From Acanthaster planci (Eukaryota), in NCBI RefSeq assembly GCF_001949145.1, contig NW_019091362.1, positions 3,116,805 to 3,180,804 of the forward strand: a stretch of 64,000 bases of DNA, given 5' to 3'. Below the pieces are notes generated by a model, which saw only the letters and a program-made list of their open reading frames with translations, was not told the DNA's origin and did not search any database. Numbering within the stretch: position 1 is the first letter of the stretch; each line of letters opens with the position of its first letter. Made by a program: the position numbers and the translations under genes. Of the stretch, positions 24,401 through 39,400 are shown piece by piece.

Positions 24401-27400
24401 TGACTCTCCTTGGCCATAAGGGTACCCGTATATGTTACCTGTTACTATCCAGAAGTGAACTTGCCAAGGCAGGCATTGTTCAGATGAATTGACTGTGACC
24501 GGAAATAATGAATGTAAACAGTGGCCCCATGGTAGCCACTTTGTGGCGGCAACCCATTCCCATAGATATGTACATTATGGCTGGCTCTTTCTACAGATGA
24601 ATTTTGGGCGCGGCCTCAGCGTAATTTAAGGCTCATTGCGTAATTTGACTGGAGACCTGGCTCACATGTGTGCGCTGATACATGTTCATGTTATACGGAG
24701 GTGGGCGGTGCCATCAAATTGTCTTCATATAGTGTACCGAAGTGAATACGTCGGCGCTCGGTGCTGTGTGTAAAACGCATCAGCGCAAGAACCAGCGTGT
24801 GAACCAACATGCGCGTTTTCTCCATTTGTTTGCAGTACACTTCCTGGTTCAAAATGACGTCACACTGTGGTACTTTATACATGTAGGACCTCCACGAAAG
24901 AAGATACGGTAAACCATGAAAAAGGGAAAATGGACGAACTTCACACGTTCTTAATGATCACCATCAATGGTTTTCATCATAAGCTACAAGTAGTAAGCTT
25001 TCCTTTGATGTCTTGGTACCAACTCTTTGGTCAGGCAGTCGCTGAGACTGTCATTTTGAAAATAGTACCAGTCCATGTACATCAGTGTAAACGGTATGAA
25101 CATATCATGCTTGTTTGCTTTTGTGGGTGTCATGATGGTCACAGCTACCTGGTTATGGAAGTCGGGTTGCGACATATTTTTTATTTGATTATTAAACTTT
25201 TTTTTGTCAGTTGGAGTGCAGTGGATTGAGAAAGGGGCGGCTGGAAATTTCAAGTTTGTGGGGATAGTCTAATTTTAGCACATGATATGAGCAATAAATT
25301 TTTGTGGTGAAGAAATTACATCAGGCTGAATGTTCTGCCCTGTGGCAGTAAGGTACTTCATGTCTAGTAGGAGTCTATGCCTGCTAGTATCAAGTCTTTA
25401 TTAGCTCAGTGTACTTATATTTATGCTGTGCAGTGTACGTGTTCATCTATGTACAGAATTTACCCCTTTTTCTCATTACCTTTCCAAAAACATTTATAAG
25501 AATGTTAGTGATAATATTCTTGCCATGTCACAGAAACAGCGCTATGCAATAAAAAATACACAGGTTATAAAAAAAGACAGATAAAAATAAACACAAAAAT
25601 TGAAACTACATGTATATGTAACAATTAATGCTTAATATGATGAGTTTTCGAGTTGGATTGTAGCTTTAAACACTGTTTTTTTTTTTTTCCATTTCTCAGT
25701 GTTGAGAAGAAATGCCCAACTTTTTCTGCAGAAGGGTGCACTTGGGTGAAGTGTGTTGGCCTATAACATACATGTACATGTACATATAGAACATGTACAT
25801 GCACCGGTAGTTCTAAATTTACACTGTACAAGCTAATTGCTTGAATGCTTCATGTTTTGTCCCGCTGCCTCTTCTGTTGGTTCAGGCTGACACTGAATGA
25901 ACTTTCATGGGTGAGGAATACTTTGCCCAATTTGTCATCTCGTGGATGTTTGCTGTCAATTTTCCACACTTGTCAGCAGGCTCATGAAACGATCCCTTCC
26001 CAAACTCCAGCCGCCACTCGACACTCTCCTGCATTACATTTATACAAAACCATATTTAACCTGTCGCGCGAAGTAAATGCATGTTTGAGCGCAAAAATCC
26101 AAACCTATTGAGACCTCTGATATTCATTCATTCATTCATTGAAATGGTTTCCACATAGTAGAGTTTAAAAAAAGGCAGTTCTGATATACATATAGTATGT
26201 ATTATTGGATTGTGTGTTGATAGATGGGTTTGCTGGGCATTTCAAAGGCTATTCAAGTCAGTGGAGGTTTGAACAAGTTGGCAGAAGGCCAACAGAGCAA
26301 ATGTACGTGTACATGTATGTAGAATTTGCCAAATTTGTGTGGCTGAATTACATGTACATGTAACTTGTGTGGAGGTGGGTAGCTCAGTCTGTGCACATGG
26401 AGGGCTTGATAGAACATCGCCTCAGAATCATAGATGGCTAATCGGCCAGCCTAGCAGTTTGGCCCTATTTCCCTCATTCTCTGGGAGCAAGATGATCTGT
26501 AAAAACCATCCAGAGTTATAATCCCTGATGAGCTGTGGCAATCCCATGTTTCCATCCAAGGCAGAATTATCCAGCATCGTGCTGTGAACTGTTTAAGAAT
26601 CAGATCATGCACGGGCAAATGGATTGGGTAGTGCGTGCGCTGGGTTGATTTTTTTTGTGTCCGGAACTTGTGGGTTCGTATCTCAAGACCGCACTCGGCA
26701 TGTATGTGAATTATGCATCAGATGGAACTGGAGAGGACGAAACCAAGGAGCCAAATTCCAAGCCATCTCCCCAGGCCGTCACCAAAGATTTTTTGGTGGT
26801 GTGAAGTTCCCCCCTTGGTGCTATAGAAATGTGCGTGATGCATTGCAAAAGGGTTTTGGTGTGAAAATTTAAAGTAACGTCTCAAAGAGTGAGACAGATT
26901 GGATATGCACACATGTCTACACGCCCCCATACGTTTACTTGCTTAGGGGGACCGAAAAGGTTTTTGGAGTTGTATTTTTGGCCCCACAACACAGTTTCAA
27001 CTTGCCTAACAAAAGAAATTGTCCCCTTAACATACCCAATCATGTTCTTGTTACCTACCAGTAGTCATGGGGGATTAGTACAGACATGTTGAAATACAGA
27101 AGTTAAGGGGAACTGAAACATTATGGAGACCAATTTTTGCTCTTTGCTCCCACAGTACCATTCCAACTTTCCTCTGACAACGCAAATGACATCCACACAG
27201 GTTCACATTGCCTACCTAGTGTCAACCTTTGCTTTTGTGTAGCTAACAAAGCTGGCTGAAAATACATGTACATGTACTCATTTTTCCTGCACTGTGAACT
27301 CTCTTTTAAGCTAGATTTTTGTCGGTTTTCTTGACTTTCCCCGTTTCTACTGATAACCGTAATCCCAGAAAGAACACTCGGCTGATAGTCCATACAAGGT

Positions 27401-30400
27401 CCACACAACCTGCATTATCTGGACCTTTTTTGTTCTCAGGTCCACACAAAGATGGCAAAGTTGACTCGCACACCCACACCCACACACACTTACCTTACAT
27501 ACCTAGTGTGGACATTCCTTTCTTTTTGTGCAGTTAAGAAAACTCAGTGAAAATACTCTTGAACTGGGAACAAAATTTTCAGCTGGCTTTTTGTACAAGG
27601 TTTCCTTGACTTTTTCTCTTCCTTTTATGACCCCTACCCCAAAATACCTCTAATTTTCTTTTTCAGAGAAGGGGAAACGTCCTGTGGACATGTGTAAGTC
27701 CACAGAACGTCTTCCTTTCCTGCATCGTGTGGACATCTTTTGTTCACAAGTCCACACTAGGTATGCAAGGTTAGTGCACCCCCATACCTATTCAAGTCCC
27801 AGGCTTTCAAGACCTAATCCTGCACAACTCAATGTAATATATTAAAAAAAAAACAAACTAAAAACAAGCCATAAAATAACCAGTATGGACTAATCAAGTT
27901 ACTATGGTAATGCCATCACTGGTCACGTGAAGGAGAGCATTTCGTATGGACCCACTGTTCCGTGACAGTCACGCTGTACACAACTCAATGCTTTCTGCAT
28001 TGAGGAATGTTCCAGTGAAATGGCTACTGATGTCTGGGATGGATTATTGGATTTGTCTGTTTGAGCGATGTTCGTTGCTTTCTACCTGCATGTTTAGTGA
28101 TTTTCCCAAAGTGCGCTGGGCCTTTAAATTAAACAAGTTCCGAAAAACATCAGTGTAATGAATTCATTTGTACCGGTAGATGGCATGGAAGCAGAAATTT
28201 AAAGTATCTAGGAAACACTTGCATACATTGTACATGTATGTACATACGTGTATGTAATAACACATACACCAGTATTAAAAATGTTGATAGTGCCATTGTA
28301 TTAACCATGCCGACCTCAACAGAATGATGTCAAGAGCCACCCTGGTACAAAGAACAACCATCTGTTGGCTGGGTAAATGAAATTCAGGCTGGTTGGTATT
28401 GATCTTTGGCAGGGAACACCAAGATCGTATTTCCAGTCGTGGGATGCTGCTGGATTCAGCAGTCTTCAAGTTCCACTTGGCATACTGTTTGGTTGTAGAG
28501 GCTTTTGGTTATGGGGAGGGGAGAACATAAGGGGTAATATAATGAAATGTGCCCATGTGTAATAAAACCTTGTAAGCCATGGGTATGCATATTGTACATG
28601 CACACTCGTTGTCTAGGCTCTGTTTTCAACTACCACCAGTAGTGGCTATGTACATGTACATGTACCATACTTTTACTTGTACAAATCTGACAAAAGCTGG
28701 GTATTGTACCAGTAAGCAGTATGTACATGTACGTGCACATGCACGTACATGTACATGCCGATGTACCAGTACATGTACATTGACATGCCGATCGCATGGG
28801 ATATTTGATAAGGTTTTTAGTTGTTGAATGTCAAATGGTGAATGATGTGGTAGGCACATCCTAGCCCTGACACGAATGCAGCCAGACAACTTGGGGTCAG
28901 ACAGGTATTTAGGTCAAGCTCTCTACTGCATGACCCTCAGTGCAGGGGTTGTGTAAGGTCAGGTGTATTGGTTACAAGAGCAGCCTTTCTCACACTACAA
29001 AAAGACAGGGGCGTGTGGGATATTTACAAGGAAGTACTACTTATTGCTTTGGCCAGGCTGAATTCATAAATCATGTCGTAAATGGTATACATGAATACAT
29101 GCAGTTATGTACATCCATTATTTTGTGTGTGCATAGGACATTATTTATAATGGAAACCAAATGGGCTTCCAGGTTTGATTTATTAGCTGCTAGGATGTAC
29201 ACGTTGGATGTAGGTAGTTTTCATGTGAAAAGTTACGTCACCGAGATAAATAAAAAAAATGGTTGAATTTGAGCTTATGAAAAAGAGGTTGATTGTTCTT
29301 TTATGTTCATCTACATGTACGCTGTACACTACATGTACATGTGCATGTACAATGTACATACGTGTATGTACATGTACTGTTTCAACCTTGCTGGTACATG
29401 TACATTAACTTGTGAAGAGATGTAGCTTCTCCTTGTATGATTTTGTCTACTGTCCTCTCTCTCTGTGCCTTTTTCAAATGACAGGAAAAATGTCTTTGTT
29501 TGACTGTATACTATTAAAACAGTCCTTTGCCAAAATGCTTGTTGCATATCACCCACTGTATCATAAACGTCAGCTGTGGTACTTACTTGTACCCCCCCCA
29601 TGTGAAATGAAAGTTTGCATCCAGGGAATAATTGGAAGTAAAAATTGCCTCAGCTACATGTACACAAACCGGAAGCAGCTTTGAAACAGATCCATCCCTG
29701 GTTCAAGGATTTTCTGAAAGTAAAAAAAAAAGGACTCAAAAAAATGTCTTGTTGGCAGGTGGTTTTTATTATGCAATTTTCTGTCCATCTTGAGAAGTCA
29801 TCAGTTGCCGCTACCTGGCAGGGATTCCTCATAACTGGCAAAGTCTGGTAAATGGAGCAGGTTCTAAATCCAGACTGGCTCAGGGAGTGTGCATATTTGC
29901 CATGTGGCCTTCTCACATGACCGATGATGACTGCCAATGATAGCATATGAGGAATTGTGAATGGGAAATGAGAGTTTTTTTTTTAATACCGATGATAACC
30001 ATTGGGAAATTTTCACAGGAATGGAAATGATCCAGAACTTGGTTCATCTTTGCCTCTAGCGGCACCACATCTTTGACATTGTAAGTGGATCGTCTGACAC
30101 ATGGTGCTTGCTCATACTCTTTGGGTGCTTTGATACATTACATGTAGGTCTGCATATGTAAATCAAACTTGCAGTGCAATACCAGTATGCTTAAACCTAC
30201 ACGCACTGTACACCTGTGTAAATATGTTTTTTATTTTGATTCATTTTTGATGGAATAAGGAAGACTGCATTGCTGCATTGAGATAGTAAGTTTTTCATTC
30301 TGTGTTAAGATACATTGAAGGTGCCATTGAAAATGTACATACATTGAACTTGAAAGTATATTTTACAATTCAAGAATTCAAGAATATTTTTCAGGCAACC

Positions 30401-33400
30401 ATTCCTTTTCTACATGTACCAGTATTCTGATCAATCAGAACTGGTGCTCTTCTGTAAGGTGTGGGGATGCACATGCAGATCAGCTACGCTACACAAAACG
30501 AATAACTATATGTACTATGAAGTGGCACAGCCCCCCCTCCCAAATTGTTCCCTCCAAGTTTATGTGAACTTTTGACCATAATTGTAGTGACTCTGACCAA
30601 AGTAGATACAAGTACCAGTACAGTGTAAATAGGAAATGGCTTTGTATCTTTATGTTAATTTAGAACTTTCACAATCTTGAAGTTTTTTTTATTTGGACCA
30701 TGTACATGTATATCGAACTTTGTGTGCACTTTCATTTTGCGCCGGAAATGTAATGCTTTGTTATGTAGGCCCTCATGTACTTGAGAAGGCTCTTAAAAAT
30801 CAGTGGCCAATTAATCTGTACATACCGTACTGTACTAATATTGTAAGGATAAATGTTCCTTTAATCCAAACCCCATAGAATCCCCTGTTTCATGTCCTGG
30901 TTTTGTGGTATCATTAGTGGATTTGAGACTGTCCAGCCTAGTCACCCAGTCTAACTCCTTAAATGAGCCTTGAAAATGGAATGTTTGAGTGCATAGACTG
31001 TGCTGTGAGTGGGCTTGTGTTGACAGGAATTTTTCTAATCCTAGCAGAAATGCCAGGCCTTTACAGCATAGAGGAATGGAAGTCTCAAAGACCAGTGGAT
31101 TTTTTCTGAGATTGCAGTTGGTGGAGATGACCACACAGTATAGTCCCTCTGTGTGACAACCCCAATGTGATATTTACATCAAGGTGAAGAATGTTGGCCG
31201 AAATCCAAGGACCATGCACACAAGCAAGGTCCCCAAGTTGGACCTCGAGGGCAGGCTTGTATATTTTTGAATTGCGTGAGTGCCGGTTGATGCTGAACGT
31301 GTACGGTTGGCTGGATTGTGTGAAAAGAGCTACAAAGAGCTAGGGTACTGCATGGCACAAGTGTCAAGTTTGCGGACGTGAAAAAATGTAAACATTGGAG
31401 TAGGATTGCACGATACCTTGCGAGTTGGTTTGTGAGTAAGGGAGGGGTGTTAAAAAAAACACTGAAAACAAGATCACCTATTTGTTGCAAGCTGCTGTCC
31501 TCGAGGAGTGATATTATGAGTACAAATGAGTCCAGTTCCCATACAGACTGTCTGGTACATGTATGTACCGGTATGTATGCATGGATGCAAGTGTATGATG
31601 TTTTAATTCACCCGTGGAACTCCAATTAACATTCCAATTAACTGGTACTACATGTAATATTTTAGTGGGACCTATACATCCACCGGTAGCCTGACTGAGC
31701 AAATTCATGCCCAAGTGGTCAGTGACTGTGGACGTAGATGTAGTGTGTTTGCATAATGCACTGTGTACTCTGATGAGCACTTGTCAACAAATTCCCTAAC
31801 ACCTGTTGACCAAACTGCCAACACTGTAGACACAGCATGACCTCTGTGACCTACTTCTTGTTGGTTTGTTGTCCTTCGTGTTAAATTAACATAAAAATGA
31901 GTGTGCTTTCATATATACCGCGGGTACGTAAATTTCAGGAATCATACATGTATGTAAATTGAATACACATACAAAAATACATGTACAATATGTACATGTA
32001 GGAATAGCATTACACTGTTTCTTAGTTTTAACTTCAACCTTGTTTGCAAATGATGGTCTTCTTTGGTATACGTTGTACGTTTTGCATATCGATATGTATG
32101 TGTATTGTTTGTGTATTGTATATGTACATGTACTTGTTTTGTGCCCATACAGGCTATGTACATGTATTATACACCTACATGTACCGGTATGTACTGGGTA
32201 CACGTACAAACATAACTAGGTTACAGAATTGTGCATTTCCAGTGTTTGTTTGAACAATTTAATTTAATTGTATGGAAATAAATGGCGTACATACAGGTTC
32301 TAATTTCACCACTTTGTTCACAAGTGCTTGCCACCGTCTAACGATGCGCATGTACATTGGACTTTATGTTTTCAGGTGGGTTTCTCTTAAGACGTTGGAC
32401 AATATTTGGCCATATTGCACATCCATTTCTTTGCTCTATGCGCCGACCAACAACAAAGCAGTTGGTGGTTACATGTACAACCACCAAAAGGCACCTGAAT
32501 TTGAAGCAGTCAGCAAAAGTGATGGATTTTCAAAAAAGCCTACTGTATGAGTGAGCCAGCCACACACACACACACTAATTCCATTCCTTATGTTCTGTTG
32601 GCCTGGCCAATGGGAAGTCATGATTTTTCCTTTCATGAAAAACCTCAGGTTATGGTTTATCTTCAAAGGGTACAGTCTGTTATTTGCAGTTTTCTGAAAA
32701 GTATTGACAAAATTATTCTTGAAAGTCATGTAGGACTAAACTCCCTGTGACATCCTTTCTGGCAAGCTGTCAATTTAGAGGAAGCAACAAGAGAATGCCA
32801 TTTCCAACGATGGGTCTGAAGATATATGTTCTGGAAAGTGCCATGAATAATTCGTTCTTAGTGCAGCAAAGCACGCACAATCATTGAAACATATGCATGC
32901 ACAGTTGCTGTAATCGCTAGTACATGTATCAGTTGAAGGAGAGTGTGTCCTGGATGCTTAATTTGGCACCAAAAATATAACTCGGTAATCTTTGATTTGA
33001 AATGAGATCCTGGAATAATGTTTTTCTCGTGTATAGAGCACTCATCAGGCTGAAACTTCATCAGGTTTTTGTAAGGTGCCCTTCTTTAGAGTTGGAGTAG
33101 GCCCTATACATGTACATGTGTGTTTGTTGCCTCAAAAGGAATGTAATGTGCAATTGACAAACGATGGACTGTTCGTACCTTTAAGTAGATTTCTAGATTT
33201 GATAGATTTTCACCTTTTTCTTTCCTAACCCTGGGGCACCCCAAGTGTTGACTCAACTGTTGCATTATATTAGTGAGGTTGGGATCTGTTCTGCACGGGT
33301 GGTTGTCTAAACTTGATTCAAGTCCATCCGCGTGTCTGATCAGTATCCATTTTGCCGGGTGCATGGCCAGACGTGCTCTTGGGATCTTGGTAGCAACATG

Positions 33401-36400
33401 TACATATGTACATGATATACATGTACATCGTACTTCACATGGACTTGGCTAACACTGCACGCAAGGAATTGCTCAGTCAAAGATATCATTAGCCACGGTT
33501 AAGACACAGCTGCAGACCAGGATCAAGTCTAGTCTTTGACCCACTTTCAATGGAACATTATACCCCAGAACACATTGAGACATCTCGGCCTCGAAGCTAC
33601 ATGTACTGCTTTCCACACCATTCGTCCCATGGACTTGAGCTCTAGCGTGAATTTCCTGTCATTCAGTCGATTGTTTTGACATCTAATATGGGCAGGGCCC
33701 GGAGGAGAAACACACGCCCCTCGCTCCACACCCCCCCTTACACCCCCCCATGTCATGCTTTTTCAAATATTTGTTTTAATGGTAGTCACGAGTGCCACCT
33801 CTCATTTATTTTCTCCCCGCTTCAAGGGCAGTTTACAACCAAGGCATATCGAGATGGGTCATGTCTTTGTAAAATCATCAAAAATAGTACACGCTCTTCA
33901 GTGATAACTTGTGATTATCACTTGTACATTTTGTGTTTGAAGTGAAAGCGTCGTTAGATTAATTCACTTTGATAAAAAGCTGAATAAACAGTGATGTTTT
34001 ACCTTTACACATTTTGGAATTTTTCTAGAAACCTTTGAATAGGCCTACATGTATGCACTGGGATGCAAATTGCCCAAATAAAAAAACTACCGGTAACTCG
34101 AACGTTAAATGTACATGTAGTGGTTTTGTGTGTGACTCGGGTGATGTACATGTATTTGCCCACTTCGCCCAAATATAGAAGCATGATTTTCACCTGTGAG
34201 GTAAGAGTGTTAAGGAACACGAAGGCTCCTTTAAGTGTGCACAAACAGGTTGTGGGGAAATGAGAGAATTAAACGCTTTGCCAAAGTTATATGTGTCGTG
34301 CATCTGTTTGGCTGAAGGGTTCTGTGGCTTTCCCAACTTGATCAGATTAAGTAACTGCCCTCTAGCTGGCTGTCTCAGGTAAGTCAACATTTGTTAATTT
34401 TAAGTGCTTGTACCATATACTGAAGAGTTTGAAACTGTATTCTTTCCATGTGCAGTAATGTGACATGTTTTTGTTAAATTTCTTGAAGTTCTTGCCCTAT
34501 TTTCTTACAAATGCACAAACCATTTCAGTACATGTATGTGTTTAGACACTAAGTATTCAACAAGGAAAGGGTAATTTTTTTCGACTTTTGAATTCTAAGT
34601 TAACAGGTGATGTGCATACATGTCTGATGTCTGTTTGTGTACATGTACATAAACAATTGCAATTGCAGTGTAGAAAAAATCCTAACATTTGAGGTTTAAA
34701 ACCAAACCTACATGTAATACTTTGAAAAAAGAAAAATACTAGTGTGATTATTCTTTACTGTCAGAAATTTTGAATGAAAAAGCAACATATAATAATGTTA
34801 TACAAACACCAGGCATAATTGGTTTCTAACTAAACAAACATGTGAATCATCTCTTCCAGTAGCAATTTGTCTTTTAGGGCTCTTTTATTTTCTAAGGATA
34901 CACATTCAGCCTGTGGCACATGGGAAGTTCACTGTGATCACGGCTTCCGCTGATAAGTGTAGCCTTGTTGGACATTGAGTGGCTTTGGACTTTAGGAGGA
35001 GGCCAGACGTCCCAAGGCAGATGAACTCTGATTGTTGTTTGCTTCATCTGCCGCTCTCATCTTCAATGAGGCAGAGCTCGGGCCAGGAAGGGAGAAGAGA
35101 TGCCCTCCCGAGAGGCTCTCTGCCTCCCACTTGCATCAGTTCTCATCCCTTTGTGAGTGGGACCGTCGTTCATGTGCATATAATGCTAAATAGTCTTTGT
35201 TGGGCTGATCAGTCGTCAGATACTGTACAATATCCTCCAACAGTTGCGAGTAGGATTGTTGATGAGGTGGAGATAATGCTAAATACTGTAGTTCTTTTTT
35301 GGCCCATTGGCCTCAAATTCAATATCCTGTAATTTGAAGATCCACACGTACATGTGTGCCTTGGGAATACAGGAAAAGTTTTTCCCACACTGGTCAATTT
35401 TGAGGCTTTCACTTGTCTTTAAACCTGCTACTTGTATGTAATTATGGAGATGGAGCGCAGAACTTCCCATTTTAGCATGTTATCCCGAGGATATTGCAAT
35501 TCATTCTATGAATACATATGTATTTTTGTCCAGGAGCAAGGGGGACGTGGTAAATGCAAGTGTGTGTGATCAGTAAGGAAACGAGAACGAAATATGAGAA
35601 GAGTAACATACGTATGTTGTCGCCAAGGGGGCAAATAGAGTGATTCACTGTCACCGTTTCTCGTTGGCATTTGTCACTGGTGCAGACTCTGTCTTAAAAC
35701 TCCCTGGCAAACATCGAGTATTTGCCCGGTCACTAGTGAGAACAACTGTAAATGAAATAAATTCACACTCTCTCTCTAAAGTTAAAGCCATTTCAGTGTA
35801 CGTTCTGGCATTGGAGTGTATGCTACCGTATATGTCAGTGTAAAATGTATGTCAGAAGTCATGAAAAAGCTCGCTTGCGAGCACTTTTTTTTTTTTTTTT
35901 AATTTCCAAAGGAACTTGAAATGTTAAACACTGCTGTTTGCGCTGTATTTCTTTTGGAGGTTCGCCAACTCACAGCATCATGCAAAGGGCTTTGGATCGT
36001 GACATCCGCCTCGCATGTTCAGCACGCGATGACAGTTGCATCCTGCAACTTGAGATTCATTAAGCTCCAACCAGCTCTAGCAGGACTGGACACCCGTCTG
36101 TAAAATTACAAATCTGTTGATTGAAATTAATATCGCAGATTTTCGCGGAAACCAGGAAATAGCTCTGGAGATGTGTTACTCGGTGAAAATAATTTCTGAA
36201 AGATACCATGTGCTCATGTAGAGGGCAGTGCTTTCCCCTCAAAGATTTTTTAATTTCCCCCTTCCCCCCAAATATCATCTACCGGTACATGTATACTGTA
36301 CAATGTTGTGTCCTAACAAATGAAGGCTACCGGTATGTCTGGGTGTATTTCTTCCCAAGCAGATGCCAACCCTTTCATTTTCCTCAACTGAGCTTTCACA

Positions 36401-39400
36401 TTCTTCTAATATTTGGGATTCTCTTCAAGATAAGCTCATCTTGGCAACAACCACAGATAATCCGCGTCCTTTCATGTCAGAAAGAGACTACCCTGTTGAG
36501 AGACTACCCTGTTGTCTGATCATCCAAACTATTTTTTTCCCTCTTTCCTGTCCTTTTGTAAGGGGGAGGAGGTACAGTACTTTCCGTTCAAAATAGTTGG
36601 CATTGCTGCGGGTGGTACAGATACATGTGCATCTGGGAAAAACATCCCCCAAATATCTACCTCAATTCCACTTAGAGGAGCGTGTGGCTTGAGGTTGCCC
36701 TTTTCCTGGAGGAAAGATGGAGGGTCCTCAAATCCCCCGTGCGTGCATGATTACCGATTGGGTCAGTCCCCGTACAGGAGCTAGATTGCATGCGACGCTT
36801 TACATGATCGTGTCCCGGTATTAAAGTAGGTCAGTCCGGTGTGAGTGCTCTTTTGCAGTCTCTCTTCATCAATTCGGTGGCTTCGTCACGATGACGAGCT
36901 CCCCTCTCTCTCTTGTCTGGATGCTGACGGGAGCACTTGAAAAATGCGCAGATTCTTTGAAATGAGAAGAATAATAAAATCAAGAGGAGGACACACGAGG
37001 TGTACTTGCGTCTGCAACTTGGAGCAAACTCTGTCTGCGCATGGCAAGTTTGCATTAAATTGTCGGGTGCAGATTGACGGGCAAGGGGGTTTATTAGGCT
37101 GGGGGAAATGTTACGAGCTAATGAGAAGTTTGGCAAAATACATTCACGGACCGGTAGGCTGCAGGAAGGGGAAGCATTGGCACCAAGCAACGGCGAGACA
37201 TGTTATCTCGTCCAGATTCTACACTCGTATCGGCCTCGTTACTCGTGTCTCTCATTACTATCCTCTGCCACAGGGAAAACTACACCGTTTTGAATTATTG
37301 GCTGATCATGTTGTCACCCTCTCCCCAGTTCAGGAGTTCAGTGGTCCCCGACATCACACGTACATGTATGATGTGCAATGATTAACCTAATAATTTGCCA
37401 AAACTGGCACGTGCCTGGATAGCATTCATGCATCGCCCGCCTGGCGTACCACAGATGTTCATGGATCATGTTCGTTTGCCTATCAATCCAGTCTGGAAGT
37501 TGGTTCAATATTGGATTGGTATTAACCAACCATTTACCCTTCTGTGCTCCCCATTGTCCGAGGGAGGAGGATGGAAATTGATTTGGTTTTTTTATAAACC
37601 GTAAAAGTGCAGCAACAGAGTGACGGAGCTATGCACCAGGTTTCAAAATTTGATGTCTGTGGTGCTTTGAAGTGAAGGTTTTTATGAAGATTACTCCGTT
37701 CTCACATCATTGATTTAAAAAAGTCCTGTCAACATGTGTTTCTTATTCAACAACATGCCACAAATGCCTGAGTGTAAGTTGTGGAACAGTTGGCAGTCAT
37801 ACATGTATCTGTGTCACATGCATTAACATTTTCATGTACAGTTGTGCTGATCAGCACAGTCACCAAATGCGTTGATGAAAAACATTTTCCAGCGCGATAT
37901 TTTTAACAGTTACTGCACATGCACACTCAAGGCAGAAACTGCCCAGTGTGCCCATGACTGACTGTCCAAACAATCAAATCTCCGAGGACGGATCAAAGGC
38001 ACAACCAGAATGTGCTCAACAGTGCCAGTTGTTCCCCTGATGTCATACGTAACGGGACTGCTGATTGGCCAGAATGCCATGTCGCCGTGCGATGTCTTTG
38101 AAAAGTCTCTCAGGTCTCTGAGCACTGCGGTTCATCATCCTCTTACTTGGTTTGTCCTCAGGCAGTGTAAACAGTCCCATAAAAAAACACTGTTTGATAT
38201 TTTTAACCATGCTGAATATCCTATATCGCATGCCATGTGACGAGCCCTTCTAAGTGCGTTGCATTACAGGAAGTGTACCTTGATTAACTGTAGCCAGTGG
38301 TCATACTTTGGGAAGGAAAAAAAAGAGGGGGAAAACAAAAAGAATGCGTCTTAAAAAAAAAGAAGCAGTCAGTAATACGGCCGTTTCACTATAGTGCGCC
38401 ACCAAGAGTTTGCAACGCGTTGGCCAATCACAATGCATGAAATTTGTCGCACTTGGAAAGAGTCGACAAATTTCACGCGTTATGATTGGCCAACGCGTTG
38501 CAAACTCTTGGTGGCGCACTATTGTGAATCGCCCATATTGGAGCAGGAAATATGGAAGTCCTGTAGTTTCTGTAATGCAATGTCACACTCAGGGAACATA
38601 TTTTCCTGCATTATATTTTAGGGCAGCTGAGTCTATTTTCACATGGGAAAAAAGAGAGGGAAATAATGGCAGTGCTAATTTTTAAATATTTGTCTCCTTC
38701 GTAGAAAAATATAATGAAATCATAAATAACTTCAGCTTTTTTTTGAGGCCATGTAAAAATTATGAAACAGCCGATCATCCAGGTCTTTCTAAAACGAGGA
38801 GGAAGGGGGCTGTTTTGTTTTAAAATTTTTTCAAGGTGGCCGCATTTTTAGAAGTATGTAAATTCAAATTGCCTGCCAGCTTTTACTTCAATATGACACA
38901 ACTTTTTATTAGCTATCCTACTATTAATTAGAGTCAAAATATTTACATGAACAACATTCAACGTGACAGTCAATAGGTATGGAAAATGTAGCTTTTCTTT
39001 CAGAGAGAAAAAAATAAGAAAATAAGGATGCAAGTGGGAACAATCAAGGGAATTCTCTCTCTCTCTTTTTATGTGTTCTAATTAATTGAGTAACTCACTA
39101 AAGAAGTCATCTGTGGTACCTTTCATTAATGTTGCTCCTTTTGGCTTTTAATTGACTCGCTGTCAGATCGGGTAAATGGGGAAAAAACAGATGATGGATG
39201 CTGTCTGTTATGAATTTCCACCATGTACTTAAAGCCATCCATTTGATTTTGGCACGGTTTGAGGGCTGGAAAGCTGCTGCGACCGGGCGGAATGTATCAA
39301 GTTTCAGAGCGGATGGAGTGGAATTTCCCGAAACCTCACGGAGGGATGTGTACAAGATATGTACGTGCACCTGTAAATGCCTCTGGGAGGGCATAGCAGT

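Noticed and set aside
28579..32253. Cys/Thr/Tyr/Met/His-rich short ORFs (TCTCTC, MYMYM, HVHVHV)
   Set aside because: These are translations of (TACATG)n arrays, not proteins.
38374..38539. Hairpin as a canonical miRNA gene
   Set aside because: The arms are too long and perfect, and a second copy exists at 12107, which indicates a MITE family.
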